Program-made: the position numbers and the translations under genes
In this document: one piece after another, positions 29,160-37,853 of the stretch
Position numbering within the stretch: position 1 is the stretch's first letter
Layout: the number at the start of each line of letters is the position of its first letter
NCBI GenBank assembly: GCA_963701745.1
Contig: CAVPBE010000004.1
Location: 88,586-152,585 of the forward strand
Length of the DNA: 64,000 nt
Direction: 5' to 3'
From: an uncultured Bacteroidales bacterium
GTDB taxonomy: Bacteria; Bacteroidota; Bacteroidia; Bacteroidales; VadinHA17
The notes under the pieces: model-generated
The model's input: only the letters and a program-made list of their open reading frames with translations
What the model was told of the DNA's origin: nothing
The model's database searches: none

Positions 29160-29468
29160 ATGAAACCAATTTATAGAAATACCTCAGCAGAAACAGGCAA
29201 CAAGATCCTGAAAAACAGAAATTCTATTAAAGGTTTGTGCTCATGGTTGTTGAAGCAAATTATGACTATTTTTCTTGCAATATTTCTGCTAATGATTGTT
29301 TCGCCAGCGTATGCTTCAACAGGCTCAGAAAAAAACAAAAAGAGCGGGTGCAGGTTTAAACAGACTCGTTTCAGTTATCCTGTTATTAATAAGGTAAACA
29401 AAAAGTCTTCGATGTCAAATAAAAATGCTAAAAGATCCAGAGACAGGAATTACAGCTTCCCGGTTTAA
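29160..29468 (+). CDS. Small basic hypothetical membrane protein
   Basis: ATG preceded by AGGAGG with an 8-nt spacer. It has one TM helix (IMTIFLAIFLLMIVSPAYA) and a Lys/Arg/Ser-rich tail. Confidence 0.4.
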   Translation: MKPIYRNTSAETGNKILKNRNSIKGLCSWLLKQIMTIFLAIFLLMIVSPAYASTGSEKNKKSGCRFKQTRFSYPVINKVNKKSSMSNKNAKRSRDRNYSFPV

Positions 29469-29517
29469 ACTGTCAGGAAAATTGCACTCGCTCCCGCTCA
29501 CGATCTCACTCTTTTTG

Positions 29518-29590
29518 TTGACCCACCTGGGCTCGAACCAGGACTCTGCGGAACCAAAATCCGACGTGTTGCCAATTACACCATGGGTCA
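29518..29590 (-). tRNA. tRNA-Gln (anticodon UUG)
   Basis: The minus-strand read folds as a cloverleaf: TGACCCA-TG-GTGT-AATTGGCA-ACAC-G-TCGGA-TTTTGGT-TCCGC-AGAGT-CCTGG-TTCGAGC-CCAGG-TGGGTCA-A. The acceptor stem has 7 perfect base pairs, U8 and a TTCGAGC T-loop are present, and the anticodon is TTG. CCA is not encoded. Confidence 0.9.
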
Positions 29591-29650
29591 TTAATCCATT
29601 AATGGTGCTGCAAAATTAGAAAATTTTTGAGATAAAGGAGCCGGGTACGG

Positions 29651-30076
29651 TTACAATGTATCAAAAACGACAGGATCATCGGGGGTCCGGTCAACTCCTT
29701 CCGATTCGACAACAAAGAAAGGGCATTCAACAAGGGATTTAAGAATGAATCCAAGCTCGCACATATCCTCATCACCAGGATCGTAATACCATATGATCCT
29801 CACGTTCTCAGCGAGATTCTTCATCTCTGCAATCTCCTTGATGATATTGTAAATCCACTTCGTGGAACTTGTATTAATATATTCAAACCCAAGCTCGATA
29901 CTGGTCTTGTGCCCGTTTATCTGAACATACTGGTTTATCCATTCATAAACCGGACGATAAAATTCACCGGGATTCTCAGGGATGGATCGTCCGACTATGA
30001 AAATCCTGCCTGTCTCAAGAACTATCCGCGGAGTCCTTCTTGTGGGTTCAGCTGTATATCTTTTCAATCCTTTCAT
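29651..30076 (-). CDS. DUF1987 (SiaC-like) domain protein
   Basis: TPRIVLETGRIFIVGRSIPENPGEFYRPVYEWI and LGFEYINTSSTKWIYNII match the DUF1987 pattern as I remember it. Confidence 0.7.
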   Translation of the reverse strand: MKGLKRYTAEPTRRTPRIVLETGRIFIVGRSIPENPGEFYRPVYEWINQYVQINGHKTSIELGFEYINTSSTKWIYNIIKEIAEMKNLAENVRIIWYYDPGDEDMCELGFILKSLVECPFFVVESEGVDRTPDDPVVFDTL

Positions 30077-30189
30077 TCCATGTACAAACGGATACAGGCT
30101 GGATTTATTCTGTACCAGACCTAGAATTGCGGATTGACAGATGCAGATTTATGATCAAATCTGAAATCAAAAATCCGAAATAGTAAAAG

Positions 30190-30426
30190 TTAGCTTTTAT
30201 CCTGACTGAACAGGGTGGGTTCAGGTCCCTCCCACAGTGTAGGATGTTCATCGTCGAACCTTTTCAGAATGGCTTTCATTATAGTTTCTCTCAGGAATTC
30301 CGATTTATTCCTGACACGATAGCGGCTGCAGTAGATCCCAAGGGCCCTCGCTTCCCTGTTATTAAGCATCAGAGAAAGCCTGTTGTTCCTTTTTAAACGG
30401 TCCTCCTTATTTAAGCTGCGCCTCAA
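30190..30426 (-). CDS. Small hypothetical protein, possible ribbon-helix-helix fold
   Basis: RLSLMLNNREARALGIYCSRY...NKSEFLRETIMKAI has a beta-alpha-alpha pattern like CopG/MobC-type RHH proteins. The listed start is TTG. Confidence 0.45.
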   Translation of the reverse strand: MRRSLNKEDRLKRNNRLSLMLNNREARALGIYCSRYRVRNKSEFLRETIMKAILKRFDDEHPTLWEGPEPTLFSQDKS

Positions 30427-30513
30427 ATCGCGATTTCATGAATTTGACACCTAAATTAGAAAAAGAGGGACCAGCTTAAATTTTTGATTTGGTTAGTTTT
30501 TAACAGAAAGAAG

Positions 30514-30540
30514 AAAGCCAGCCGATAAACGACTGGCTTT
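30514..30540 (-). terminator. Candidate intrinsic terminator downstream of fba
   Basis: AAAGCCAG-N11-CTGGCTTT hairpin. On the minus strand it is followed by a T-rich run (CTTCTTTCTG). Confidence 0.45.
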
Positions 30541-30573
30541 ATGACTGTTATAATATTAACAACTTTCTATTTA

Positions 30574-30708
30574 ACCCACCCCCAGCCCCACGCAAGGCGT
30601 GGCAGGCTCTCCAAGGAGGGGAGCTTTAAAACTAACTCACCCCCAGCCCCATGCAAGGCGTGGCAGGCTCTCCAGGGAGGGGAGCCTTAACGCCGTTACG
30701 CCGTTATG
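30574..30708. repeat. Two tandem 61-bp GC-rich units followed by a short (CGCCGTTA)n tract, abutting the fba stop codon
   Basis: ACCCACCCCCAGCCCCACGCAAGGCGTGGCAGGCTCTCCAAGGAGGGGAGC starts at 30574 and ACTCACCCCCAGCCCCATGCAAGGCGTGGCAGGCTCTCCAGGGAGGGGAGC at 30635. Each contains the hairpin CCACGC-AAG-GCGTGG (the second copy reads CCATGC, with one mismatch). Confidence 0.9.
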
Positions 30709-31675
30709 CCTTATCCGCACTTCCAAGCACATTCACAACCTTGTGCTTATAGAGCTCTTTAAGCTTGTCGCGGGCTGGGCCGAGGTAATTACGCGGATCG
30801 AACTCCCCCGGTTTCTCAACGAAAACCTTGCGGATTGCAGCTGTCATCGCCAGACGTCCGTCGCTGTCGATATTTATCTTGCAGACGGCTGAGGCTGCAG
30901 CTCTCCTGAGCTGGTCTTCAGATACTCCGGCTGTGTTCTCCATTTTCCCTCCATATTTGTTGATCTCTGCAACGATATCCTGAGGCACTGAGGAGGCGCC
31001 ATGAAGAACGATTGGAAAACCCGGAATACGTCTTTCACATTCTTCAAGGATGTCAAAACGCAGGGGCGGAGGAAGCTCACCAGGCTTTACTTTGAATTTG
31101 AAAGCACCATGTGATGTTCCTATCGAAATTGCAAGAGAGTCAACCCCTGTTTTCTTCACAAAATCCTCAACCTCTTCCGGCCTTGTATATGATGAATGCT
31201 CGGCTGAGACTTCATCCTCGATACCTGCCAGAACTCCCAGCTCGCCCTCTACAGTAACATCGAACTGATGTGCAAATTCAACAACCTGCTTTGTCAGTCT
31301 TATGTTTTCTTCATAAGGAAAATGCGATCCATCGATCATCACCGAAGAAAAGCCTGTTTCAATGCACGACTTGCAAGTCTCAAATGAATCGCCGTGATCA
31401 AGATGCAAAACGATTGGAATTGCACAACCAAGCTCCTTTGCATATTCCACAGCTCCCTTTGCAAGATACTGGAGCAATGTCTGGTTTGCATATTTGCGTG
31501 CACCTTTGGATACCTGAAGTATTACAGGAGATTTCGTCTCCACACAGGCACTTATGATTGCCTGCATCTGCTCAAGATTGTTGAAATTAAAAGCAGGAAC
31601 GGCATATTTGCCCCCAATAGCCTTTTTAAACAATTCTCTCGAATTCACTAACCCTAATTCCGTATAATGAAGCAT
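30704..31675 (-). CDS. fba: Class II fructose-1,6-bisphosphate aldolase
   Basis: VPAFNFNNLEQMQAI, PVILQVS, VLHLDHG, SVMIDGS and HGASSVP are class II FBA motifs. Confidence 0.92.
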   Translation of the reverse strand: MLHYTELGLVNSRELFKKAIGGKYAVPAFNFNNLEQMQAIISACVETKSPVILQVSKGARKYANQTLLQYLAKGAVEYAKELGCAIPIVLHLDHGDSFETCKSCIETGFSSVMIDGSHFPYEENIRLTKQVVEFAHQFDVTVEGELGVLAGIEDEVSAEHSSYTRPEEVEDFVKKTGVDSLAISIGTSHGAFKFKVKPGELPPPLRFDILEECERRIPGFPIVLHGASSVPQDIVAEINKYGGKMENTAGVSEDQLRRAAASAVCKINIDSDGRLAMTAAIRKVFVEKPGEFDPRNYLGPARDKLKELYKHKVVNVLGSADKA

Positions 31676-31774
31676 GATTAAATGTTTTTAAATGATCGGT
31701 GAAAGATAATTATTTTGCCAATCGCAGCCAAAATATATCCTAATTTCTTATCTTCGTAACCTTAAATTTTTAAA

Positions 31775-33115
31775 ATGAAAAAGTCTTTGGTAACTTTTAT
31801 TACCTGTCTGATTCTAATGCAGGTAAATGGTTTTGCCCAAAAACAGGTATGGTCGCTTGAGGATTGCATCAAATATGCCATTGATCATAATATACAGATC
31901 AAACAGCAGACAATCCAGACAAAAGTCCAGAAGAATTCTCTGGAACAGTCAAAGCTCAATCTCCTTCCGACAATCAATGGCCAGGCATCTCATGATTATT
32001 CATTTGGAAGGGCTCTTGACCAGAACACTTATACTTTTTACAATCAGACTGTTCTCCAGGATTATTTCTACCTGGGCGGAAGAACGGACCTGTTTAACGG
32101 TCTCCAGAACCTCAATACGATACAGAAAAACAAATATGAGCTGCTGGCTGGCGAACAGGATCTGCAAAGGATCCGCGACAATGTAGCTCTTAGTGTTGCC
32201 CTTGCTTACCTCCAGATCCTTCTCAACAAGGAGCTTGTGACGGCCAATGAAAACCAGCTTAACATCACATTGCAGCAGATCGAAAAGACAAAAAAGCTCG
32301 TTGATGCAGGCAGTGTAGCCCGCGGAAACCTCCTTCAGATAGAAGCACAAGCCGCGCAGGAAGAGCTCAGCCTCATAACCATGGCAAACCAGCTTGAGAC
32401 ATCATACCTTAACCTTACCCAGCTGCTCGAGCTCGAATCTCCTGCAGGATTTGAAATTGTGGTTCCCGAAATCACTGTTGAAGAGAATTCTGTTGTAACT
32501 GGCAATATTGATGAAATTTATAACCTTGCAGCGCAATCGCGACCTGAAATAAAGAGCTCCGAACTTAAGCTGACAGCCAGCGAGTATGCACTGAAGATCG
32601 CGAAAGGAGCCAGAAGCCCAAGCATTTCTCTCAGTCATACTTTCGGAACCAGATATTCATTTATTAAAGATATTCCGGGGTTTCAGTCATTTCAGGATCA
32701 GCTGAAGAACAACAAGAACTACGGGCTTGGCGTATCGATGAGCATCCCTCTCCTGAACGGATGGCAGGTGAATAAGAATATCTCAAATTCAAAGCTGTCG
32801 GTTGAAAGCAGCCAGTACACTCTTGAAGGATCAAAAAAAGAGCTTTACAAGAACATCCAGCAGGCATACACCGATGCTGTTGCAGCTCTGAAAAAATACA
32901 ACGCCAGCTCCAAGGCAGTCAGCTCGACTGAGGAATCATTCAGATACACCGAACAGAAATTCAGTGTTGGAATGATAACTCCTGTCGATTACAACGTATC
33001 AAAAACACAGCTTCTGAATGCACAGTCTGACATGTCGCAGGCAAAATATGAATTCATATTTAAAACAAAAGTTCTCGATTTCTATAAAGGATTACCCCTT
33101 AACCTGAATAAATAA
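31775..33115 (+). CDS. TolC family outer-membrane efflux protein
   Basis: Signal peptide, WSLEDCIKYAIDHNIQIK, and two OEP repeat halves with coiled-coil segments. Confidence 0.88.
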   Translation: MKKSLVTFITCLILMQVNGFAQKQVWSLEDCIKYAIDHNIQIKQQTIQTKVQKNSLEQSKLNLLPTINGQASHDYSFGRALDQNTYTFYNQTVLQDYFYLGGRTDLFNGLQNLNTIQKNKYELLAGEQDLQRIRDNVALSVALAYLQILLNKELVTANENQLNITLQQIEKTKKLVDAGSVARGNLLQIEAQAAQEELSLITMANQLETSYLNLTQLLELESPAGFEIVVPEITVEENSVVTGNIDEIYNLAAQSRPEIKSSELKLTASEYALKIAKGARSPSISLSHTFGTRYSFIKDIPGFQSFQDQLKNNKNYGLGVSMSIPLLNGWQVNKNISNSKLSVESSQYTLEGSKKELYKNIQQAYTDAVAALKKYNASSKAVSSTEESFRYTEQKFSVGMITPVDYNVSKTQLLNAQSDMSQAKYEFIFKTKVLDFYKGLPLNLNK

Positions 33116-33138
33116 ATCCTAAAACAAGGTCTATAATC

Positions 33139-34398
33139 ATGAAAAACAAGAAAATACTTAAGATCCTCGTCCCTGCCGTCATTATTCTACTCATCTTTGC
33201 AGTTGTTGGGAAAAAAGCCGGCTGGTTCGGGAAAGCCGCCACAGTAAAAGTAGCTGTTGAGAATGCGGAAAAGCGGACAATAGTTGAAACTATAACTGCG
33301 AACGGAAAGATCCAGCCTGAAAAAGAGGTAAAGATAACTCCTGACGTATCAGGCGAAATTGTTGAGCTGACTGTCAGGGAAGGCGACCATGTTGAAAAGG
33401 GGCAGTTGCTGCTTAGGATCAAACCCGATATCTATATCTCTCAAAAAGACAGGTCGATGGCTGCCATAAGTTCTGCACGTGCCAGGCTTGCCCAGGCCGA
33501 AGCCCAGTATATACAGGCTGAACTCTCTTATAAAAGGACAAAACAGCTCTTCGATGAGCAGACAATATCAAAATCAGAATTTGAGCAGTCTGAAGCTTCC
33601 TACTCGGTAGCAAAAGCTGAAGTGGATGCTGCAAAATATTCTGTAATAAGCGCTGAAGCATCTCTTAAAGAGGCTAACGAAACTCTTATCAAAACTTCGA
33701 TTTATGCTCCTATGACCGGCACGGTATCAATGCTTCTTGTTGAGCTTGGCGAAAGAGTAGCCGGGACAGGGATGATGGCAGGTACAGAAATGCTTAGGGT
33801 TGCCGATCTTTCAAGGATGGAAGCTCAGGTCGAAGTTAACGAAAACGATATACCCCGTGTTAAACTGGGGGATACCGCAACCATAGAGGTTGATGCTTAT
33901 GTCGATTACAAGTTCAGGGGAATCGTAACAGAAATGGCAAACTCAGCTAAGACGACCGGGGTATCCGCCGACCAGGTAACCAACTTTGATGTAAAGATCC
34001 TTGTTCTTCCTGAATCTTATAAAGACCTGGCAGACAAAGGGAACGCACATCCGCTCAGACCGGGAATGTCAGCTACCGTCGATATCCGTACAGAGATTAA
34101 ACCGGGGATCATATCAGTTCCGATTCAGTCGGTGACTACCCGTACTGATACCACGAAAGTTACCAAGACTGTTTCGGATGAAGATATCCGCACTCTTGTG
34201 TTTATAACGGATGGTGAGCGTGCTCTGGCAAAAGATGTAAAGACAGGAATTCAGGATAACAGCTATATCGAGATCATTTCTGGAATTTCAGAAGGTGACC
34301 GCGTGATTTCAGCTCCTTTCAGTGCAATCAGCAAGAAGCTGTCCGACAGCACCCTCGTAGAGATCGTTAAAAAGGATGATCTCTTTTCAGTCGATTAA
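33139..34398 (+). CDS. Efflux transporter periplasmic adaptor subunit (HlyD/MacA-like)
   Basis: N-terminal anchor, lipoyl-like hairpin (ITPDVSGEIVELTVREGDHVEKGQLL), long coiled coil, IYAPMTGTV and a beta-barrel domain. Confidence 0.88.
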   Translation: MKNKKILKILVPAVIILLIFAVVGKKAGWFGKAATVKVAVENAEKRTIVETITANGKIQPEKEVKITPDVSGEIVELTVREGDHVEKGQLLLRIKPDIYISQKDRSMAAISSARARLAQAEAQYIQAELSYKRTKQLFDEQTISKSEFEQSEASYSVAKAEVDAAKYSVISAEASLKEANETLIKTSIYAPMTGTVSMLLVELGERVAGTGMMAGTEMLRVADLSRMEAQVEVNENDIPRVKLGDTATIEVDAYVDYKFRGIVTEMANSAKTTGVSADQVTNFDVKILVLPESYKDLADKGNAHPLRPGMSATVDIRTEIKPGIISVPIQSVTTRTDTTKVTKTVSDEDIRTLVFITDGERALAKDVKTGIQDNSYIEIISGISEGDRVISAPFSAISKKLSDSTLVEIVKKDDLFSVD

Positions 34399-34416
34399 AT
34401 CCGGGTATAATCTGAC

Positions 34417-35121
34417 ATGATAATATGTCTTGAGACTTCAACTCCTGTTTGTTCAGTTGCGCTTTGCGACAGCAATGGAATAGTGGCTCTTCAAGAGAGC
34501 TCCGAAGATAAATCTCATGCTTCCAGGCTTTCCGTTTTCATTGAAGACCTTCTTTCCGGCGCAGGTCTCAGGGCAAGCGACCTGGAAGCAGTAGCCGTTA
34601 GCAAGGGACCAGGTTCATATACCGGACTTCGGATAGGGGTCTCCACTGCAAAGGGGATTGCGTATGCTGCATCAATACCCCTTATAGGAATTGAGACCAC
34701 CCTTTCAATGTTCTATGGGATAAGTGAAGATCTGAAAAATAAATACGGGCTGGATGAAAATTCATTGTTTGTGCCAATGCTTGATGCCCGGCGTATGGAG
34801 GTTTACTATTCAGTACTTTCATCAGAGGGAAGGACAGTAAAAGATATCTCCGCTGAAATTATTGATGATAAATCATTCGCTGATTTTCCCGACAGTATCA
34901 GGATGCTGATCTTTGGTGATGGAGCATCAAAATGCCGTCAGGTGCTTAAAAGGGATAATTTAGTATTTGCCGATGAGTTCATGATTTCTGCCGCATATAT
35001 GTATAAGCCTGCATTTAAATCACTTAGAGAACGCCATTTTGAAGATATTGCTTACTTTGAGCCGTTTTATCTTAAAGATTTCATAACTTCGCGTCCTAAA
35101 AAAAATATCCTTGGCAGGTAA
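34417..35121 (+). CDS. tsaB: tRNA t6A37 biosynthesis protein TsaB
   Basis: ILCLETSTPVCSVAL, SHASRLSVFIEDLL and AVAVSKGPGSYTGLRIGVSTAKG. Confidence 0.88.
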   Translation: MIICLETSTPVCSVALCDSNGIVALQESSEDKSHASRLSVFIEDLLSGAGLRASDLEAVAVSKGPGSYTGLRIGVSTAKGIAYAASIPLIGIETTLSMFYGISEDLKNKYGLDENSLFVPMLDARRMEVYYSVLSSEGRTVKDISAEIIDDKSFADFPDSIRMLIFGDGASKCRQVLKRDNLVFADEFMISAAYMYKPAFKSLRERHFEDIAYFEPFYLKDFITSRPKKNILGR

Positions 35122-35159
35122 TTTGTCTGTTCAAACCAGAGTTTATTAAGAAAAGAACT

Positions 35160-35948
35160 ATGAAGTTTTTCAAAACTTTATTGTTGATCATATTATTACC
35201 GCTGTTTTCAGCCGGCCAGGAACCGGCATACCTGCCCGGGGAAAAGGTCAATTATTCAATCAATTATGGCATTGTCCAGGGAGGAATTGCAACTCTTGAG
35301 ATCTTGCCCGACACTTTTAAGGGCAAAGAGGTCTGGCACTCTGTTCTTCTGGGAAAAACAACAGGAATGGCCGATGCCATATTTAAAGTGAAGGATATTT
35401 ATGAAAGCTATATAGAACCGGAATCTGAACTGCCTGTTCTTTCGGTAAGGAATATTAGGGAAGGAAGATATACAAAGTATAATGAAGTGATCTTCGATCA
35501 TTATTCAAGATCCGATTCGGCCATCCTTACAAGCGATCTTACAGGCGTTCATATTACTGAAAAAGGCATACACGATATTCTTTCATGCTTTTATTATCTG
35601 CGTAATCATCATCTTCAAAAATATGCCAGTCTTAAAAAAGGTGATATGATAACGGTCATGACCTGGTTCACAGATGAGCTTTATCCGATAAGGCTGAGAT
35701 ACCTTGGTACCTATGATATTAAGACAAAGGTTGGAAGGATGAAATGCCTAAAGTTCAATCCGGTAACAGAAGTGGGAAGACTGTTTAAAACAGAGGATGA
35801 TGTAACATTCTGGTTTACTGCCGATAAGAACTTACTGCCGGTCAGGATCCGGTTTGAGATATTTGTCGGGGCTTTTATTGCCGAGATAGTCAGCTATGAA
35901 GGATTGAAGTACCCGCTTGAAGTAAGAAAGAAAGATACAAACCAATAA
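35160..35948 (+). CDS. DUF3108 domain protein
   Basis: Signal peptide. GEKVNYSINYGIVQGGIATLEI is the usual DUF3108 opening pattern. Confidence 0.65.
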   Translation: MKFFKTLLLIILLPLFSAGQEPAYLPGEKVNYSINYGIVQGGIATLEILPDTFKGKEVWHSVLLGKTTGMADAIFKVKDIYESYIEPESELPVLSVRNIREGRYTKYNEVIFDHYSRSDSAILTSDLTGVHITEKGIHDILSCFYYLRNHHLQKYASLKKGDMITVMTWFTDELYPIRLRYLGTYDIKTKVGRMKCLKFNPVTEVGRLFKTEDDVTFWFTADKNLLPVRIRFEIFVGAFIAEIVSYEGLKYPLEVRKKDTNQ

Positions 35949-35967
35949 TAAAGCTAATTTAAATCAT

Positions 35968-36534
35968 ATGGCAAGCACTGCAGATTTCAGGAACGGACTG
36001 GTAATTGAGTACAATGGTGATCTTCATGTAATAGTTCAGTTCCAGCATGTCAAGCCCGGCAAAGGGCCGGCATTTGTTAGAACAAAACTAAAAAGCCTCA
36101 AAACAGGGAGGGTTCTTGATAATACGTTTTCATCCGGTACAAAGGTTAATGTGGCAAGGGTCGAAAGACGTCCCTATCAGTATCTTTATAGGGATGACAT
36201 GGGTTATTATTTCATGCACCTTGAAACGTTTGAGCAGATACATGTTAATAAAGAGGTCATCGATAGTCCTGAATTTTTGAAGGAGGGACAGAATGTGGAA
36301 GTTGTTATCCATGCAGATACCGATACCGTGCTTTCGGTTGAGCTTCCCCAGTTTGTAGTTGTGGAAGTCACTTATACAGAACCGGGTCTTAGGGGAGACA
36401 CTGCCAACAACGCACTGAAACAGGCAAAAATTGAGACCGGTGGTACAATAATGGTTCCGCTGTTCGTAAATGTCGGTGATAAGATCAGGATAGATACCGC
36501 CAACAGGACCTATATTGAAAGGGCCAAGTCATAA
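35968..36534 (+). CDS. efp: Translation elongation factor P
   Basis: ADFRNGLVIEYNGDLHVIVQFQHVKPGKGPAFVRTKLKSLKTG and VELPQFVVVEVTYTEPGLRGDTA. Confidence 0.95.
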   Translation: MASTADFRNGLVIEYNGDLHVIVQFQHVKPGKGPAFVRTKLKSLKTGRVLDNTFSSGTKVNVARVERRPYQYLYRDDMGYYFMHLETFEQIHVNKEVIDSPEFLKEGQNVEVVIHADTDTVLSVELPQFVVVEVTYTEPGLRGDTANNALKQAKIETGGTIMVPLFVNVGDKIRIDTANRTYIERAKS

Positions 36535-36539
36535 AATCA

Positions 36540-37769
36540 ATGAGCGATAAAAAATCTTCAATCGACCGGTTGCGTATATCCAAATTCAAGCTGGATGCAC
36601 TTCTCGACATAACACTGTCGATCAATGCTAACCTGCCTACTGAAGAGCTTTTGTCAAAATATGAATCGATTCTCAGGAACAACCTTGGAATAGGCAAAAT
36701 ACTCATCTTTAAGCATTCATTGAAATGGGAGTGCATTATGAATGGTGGTTTCCCTGAAGAGCTTGAGACTGGCATCGAGGTTGAATCACAGCTTCTGAAA
36801 TTTACTGAGACAGCATTCAGGAATGAAGACCTCGGGATTGAGGGTGTCGATATCATAATACCAGTTTATAACAACTATTCACCTCTTGCCTTTATTCTTA
36901 TCGGTGATATAGAGGAGGAGGGTGAAGGAATGAGCCCTGTAATCAAGCACCTCACATTTATACAAACCATTTCAAGCATAATTATCGTTGCAATAGAGAA
37001 CATAAGACTTTTCAATGAAAGTCTCCGGCAGGAGGCTTTAAAGAAAGAGCTTGAGCTTGCTGCAAGGATGCAGCAAAAACTTATTCCCGATAACAAAACA
37101 ATGCCCAGGAACGATAATTTTGTAGTCACAGGATTCTATTACCCTCATTACGAAGTTGGCGGGGATTATTACGATTGTATTAAACTGTCGGATGATAAAA
37201 CCGGATTCTGCATTGCTGATGTTTCGGGCAAGGGGATCGCCGCGGCGATTCTGATGTCGAATTTCCAGGCGAGTCTCAGGGCGCTTTTCACCTATGACAT
37301 TGAGCTGCCTCTCCTTATCCAGAAACTCAATAATCTTATAATCGCAAACGCTGCCGGTGATAAGTTCATCACCTTTTTTGTTGCCCGCTACGACCATAAA
37401 AGAGGAATACTGGAATATATAAACGCCGGACATAATCCACCGGTTCTGTTTAATATTGCAACTGGCCAGGTAATTCATCTTCACTCGATGTGCGTGGGGA
37501 TAGGAATGATCGATGAAATACCTCCCATCAAAGAGGAAACACTCAACATCAGCAATAATTCAAAGATTGTATGTTACACCGATGGCCTTTCAGATCTTAA
37601 GGGCGACGACGGGAAGGAGATTCTGACCAGGGAGATAATAAGGCATATCACCAACAGGAATCCTGTTGAAAGTAATATCAGGGAAATGCTCAAAAGGCTC
37701 GGGATCCCTGATAACAATCCGGATCTCTTTGATGATGTATCTATAATAGCAGCCGACTTTATAAGGTGA
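36540..37769 (+). CDS. PP2C/SpoIIE family protein phosphatase with an N-terminal GAF-like sensor region
   Basis: LELAARMQQKLIP, EVGGDYYD, CIADVSGKGIAAAILMS, INAGHNPP, CYTDGLSD and DDVSIIA. Confidence 0.88.
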   Translation: MSDKKSSIDRLRISKFKLDALLDITLSINANLPTEELLSKYESILRNNLGIGKILIFKHSLKWECIMNGGFPEELETGIEVESQLLKFTETAFRNEDLGIEGVDIIIPVYNNYSPLAFILIGDIEEEGEGMSPVIKHLTFIQTISSIIIVAIENIRLFNESLRQEALKKELELAARMQQKLIPDNKTMPRNDNFVVTGFYYPHYEVGGDYYDCIKLSDDKTGFCIADVSGKGIAAAILMSNFQASLRALFTYDIELPLLIQKLNNLIIANAAGDKFITFFVARYDHKRGILEYINAGHNPPVLFNIATGQVIHLHSMCVGIGMIDEIPPIKEETLNISNNSKIVCYTDGLSDLKGDDGKEILTREIIRHITNRNPVESNIREMLKRLGIPDNNPDLFDDVSIIAADFIR

Positions 37770-37776
37770 TCCACAA

Positions 37777-37853
37777 GATCTGCGCTAATCTGCGTAATCT
37801 GCGGGAGAATAAATTTTAATGTTTCCCGCTGATCGTGCTGATATACGCAGATT
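37777..37853. repeat. ATCTGCG-type short repeat plus an inverted partner between convergent genes; a related copy lies at 56311-56340
   Basis: AGATCTGCGCTAATCTGCGTAATCTGCGGGAGAATAAAT here compares with ATCTGGGAAAATCTGCGTGATCTGCGGGAAATAAAT at 56311. The reverse complement CGCAGATT occurs at 37846-37853. GCGGGA...TCCCGC forms a stem. Confidence 0.8.

Noticed and set aside
29425-29619. 64-aa ORF downstream of the small basic ORF
   Set aside because: It runs antisense across the tRNA-Gln(TTG) gene at 29518-29590. The tRNA fold is far better supported.
30599-30892. 97-aa ORF (MAGSPRRGALKLTHPQPHARRG...)
   Set aside because: Its N-terminus is read from the GC-rich 61-bp tandem repeats, and the rest is antisense to the well-supported fba gene.
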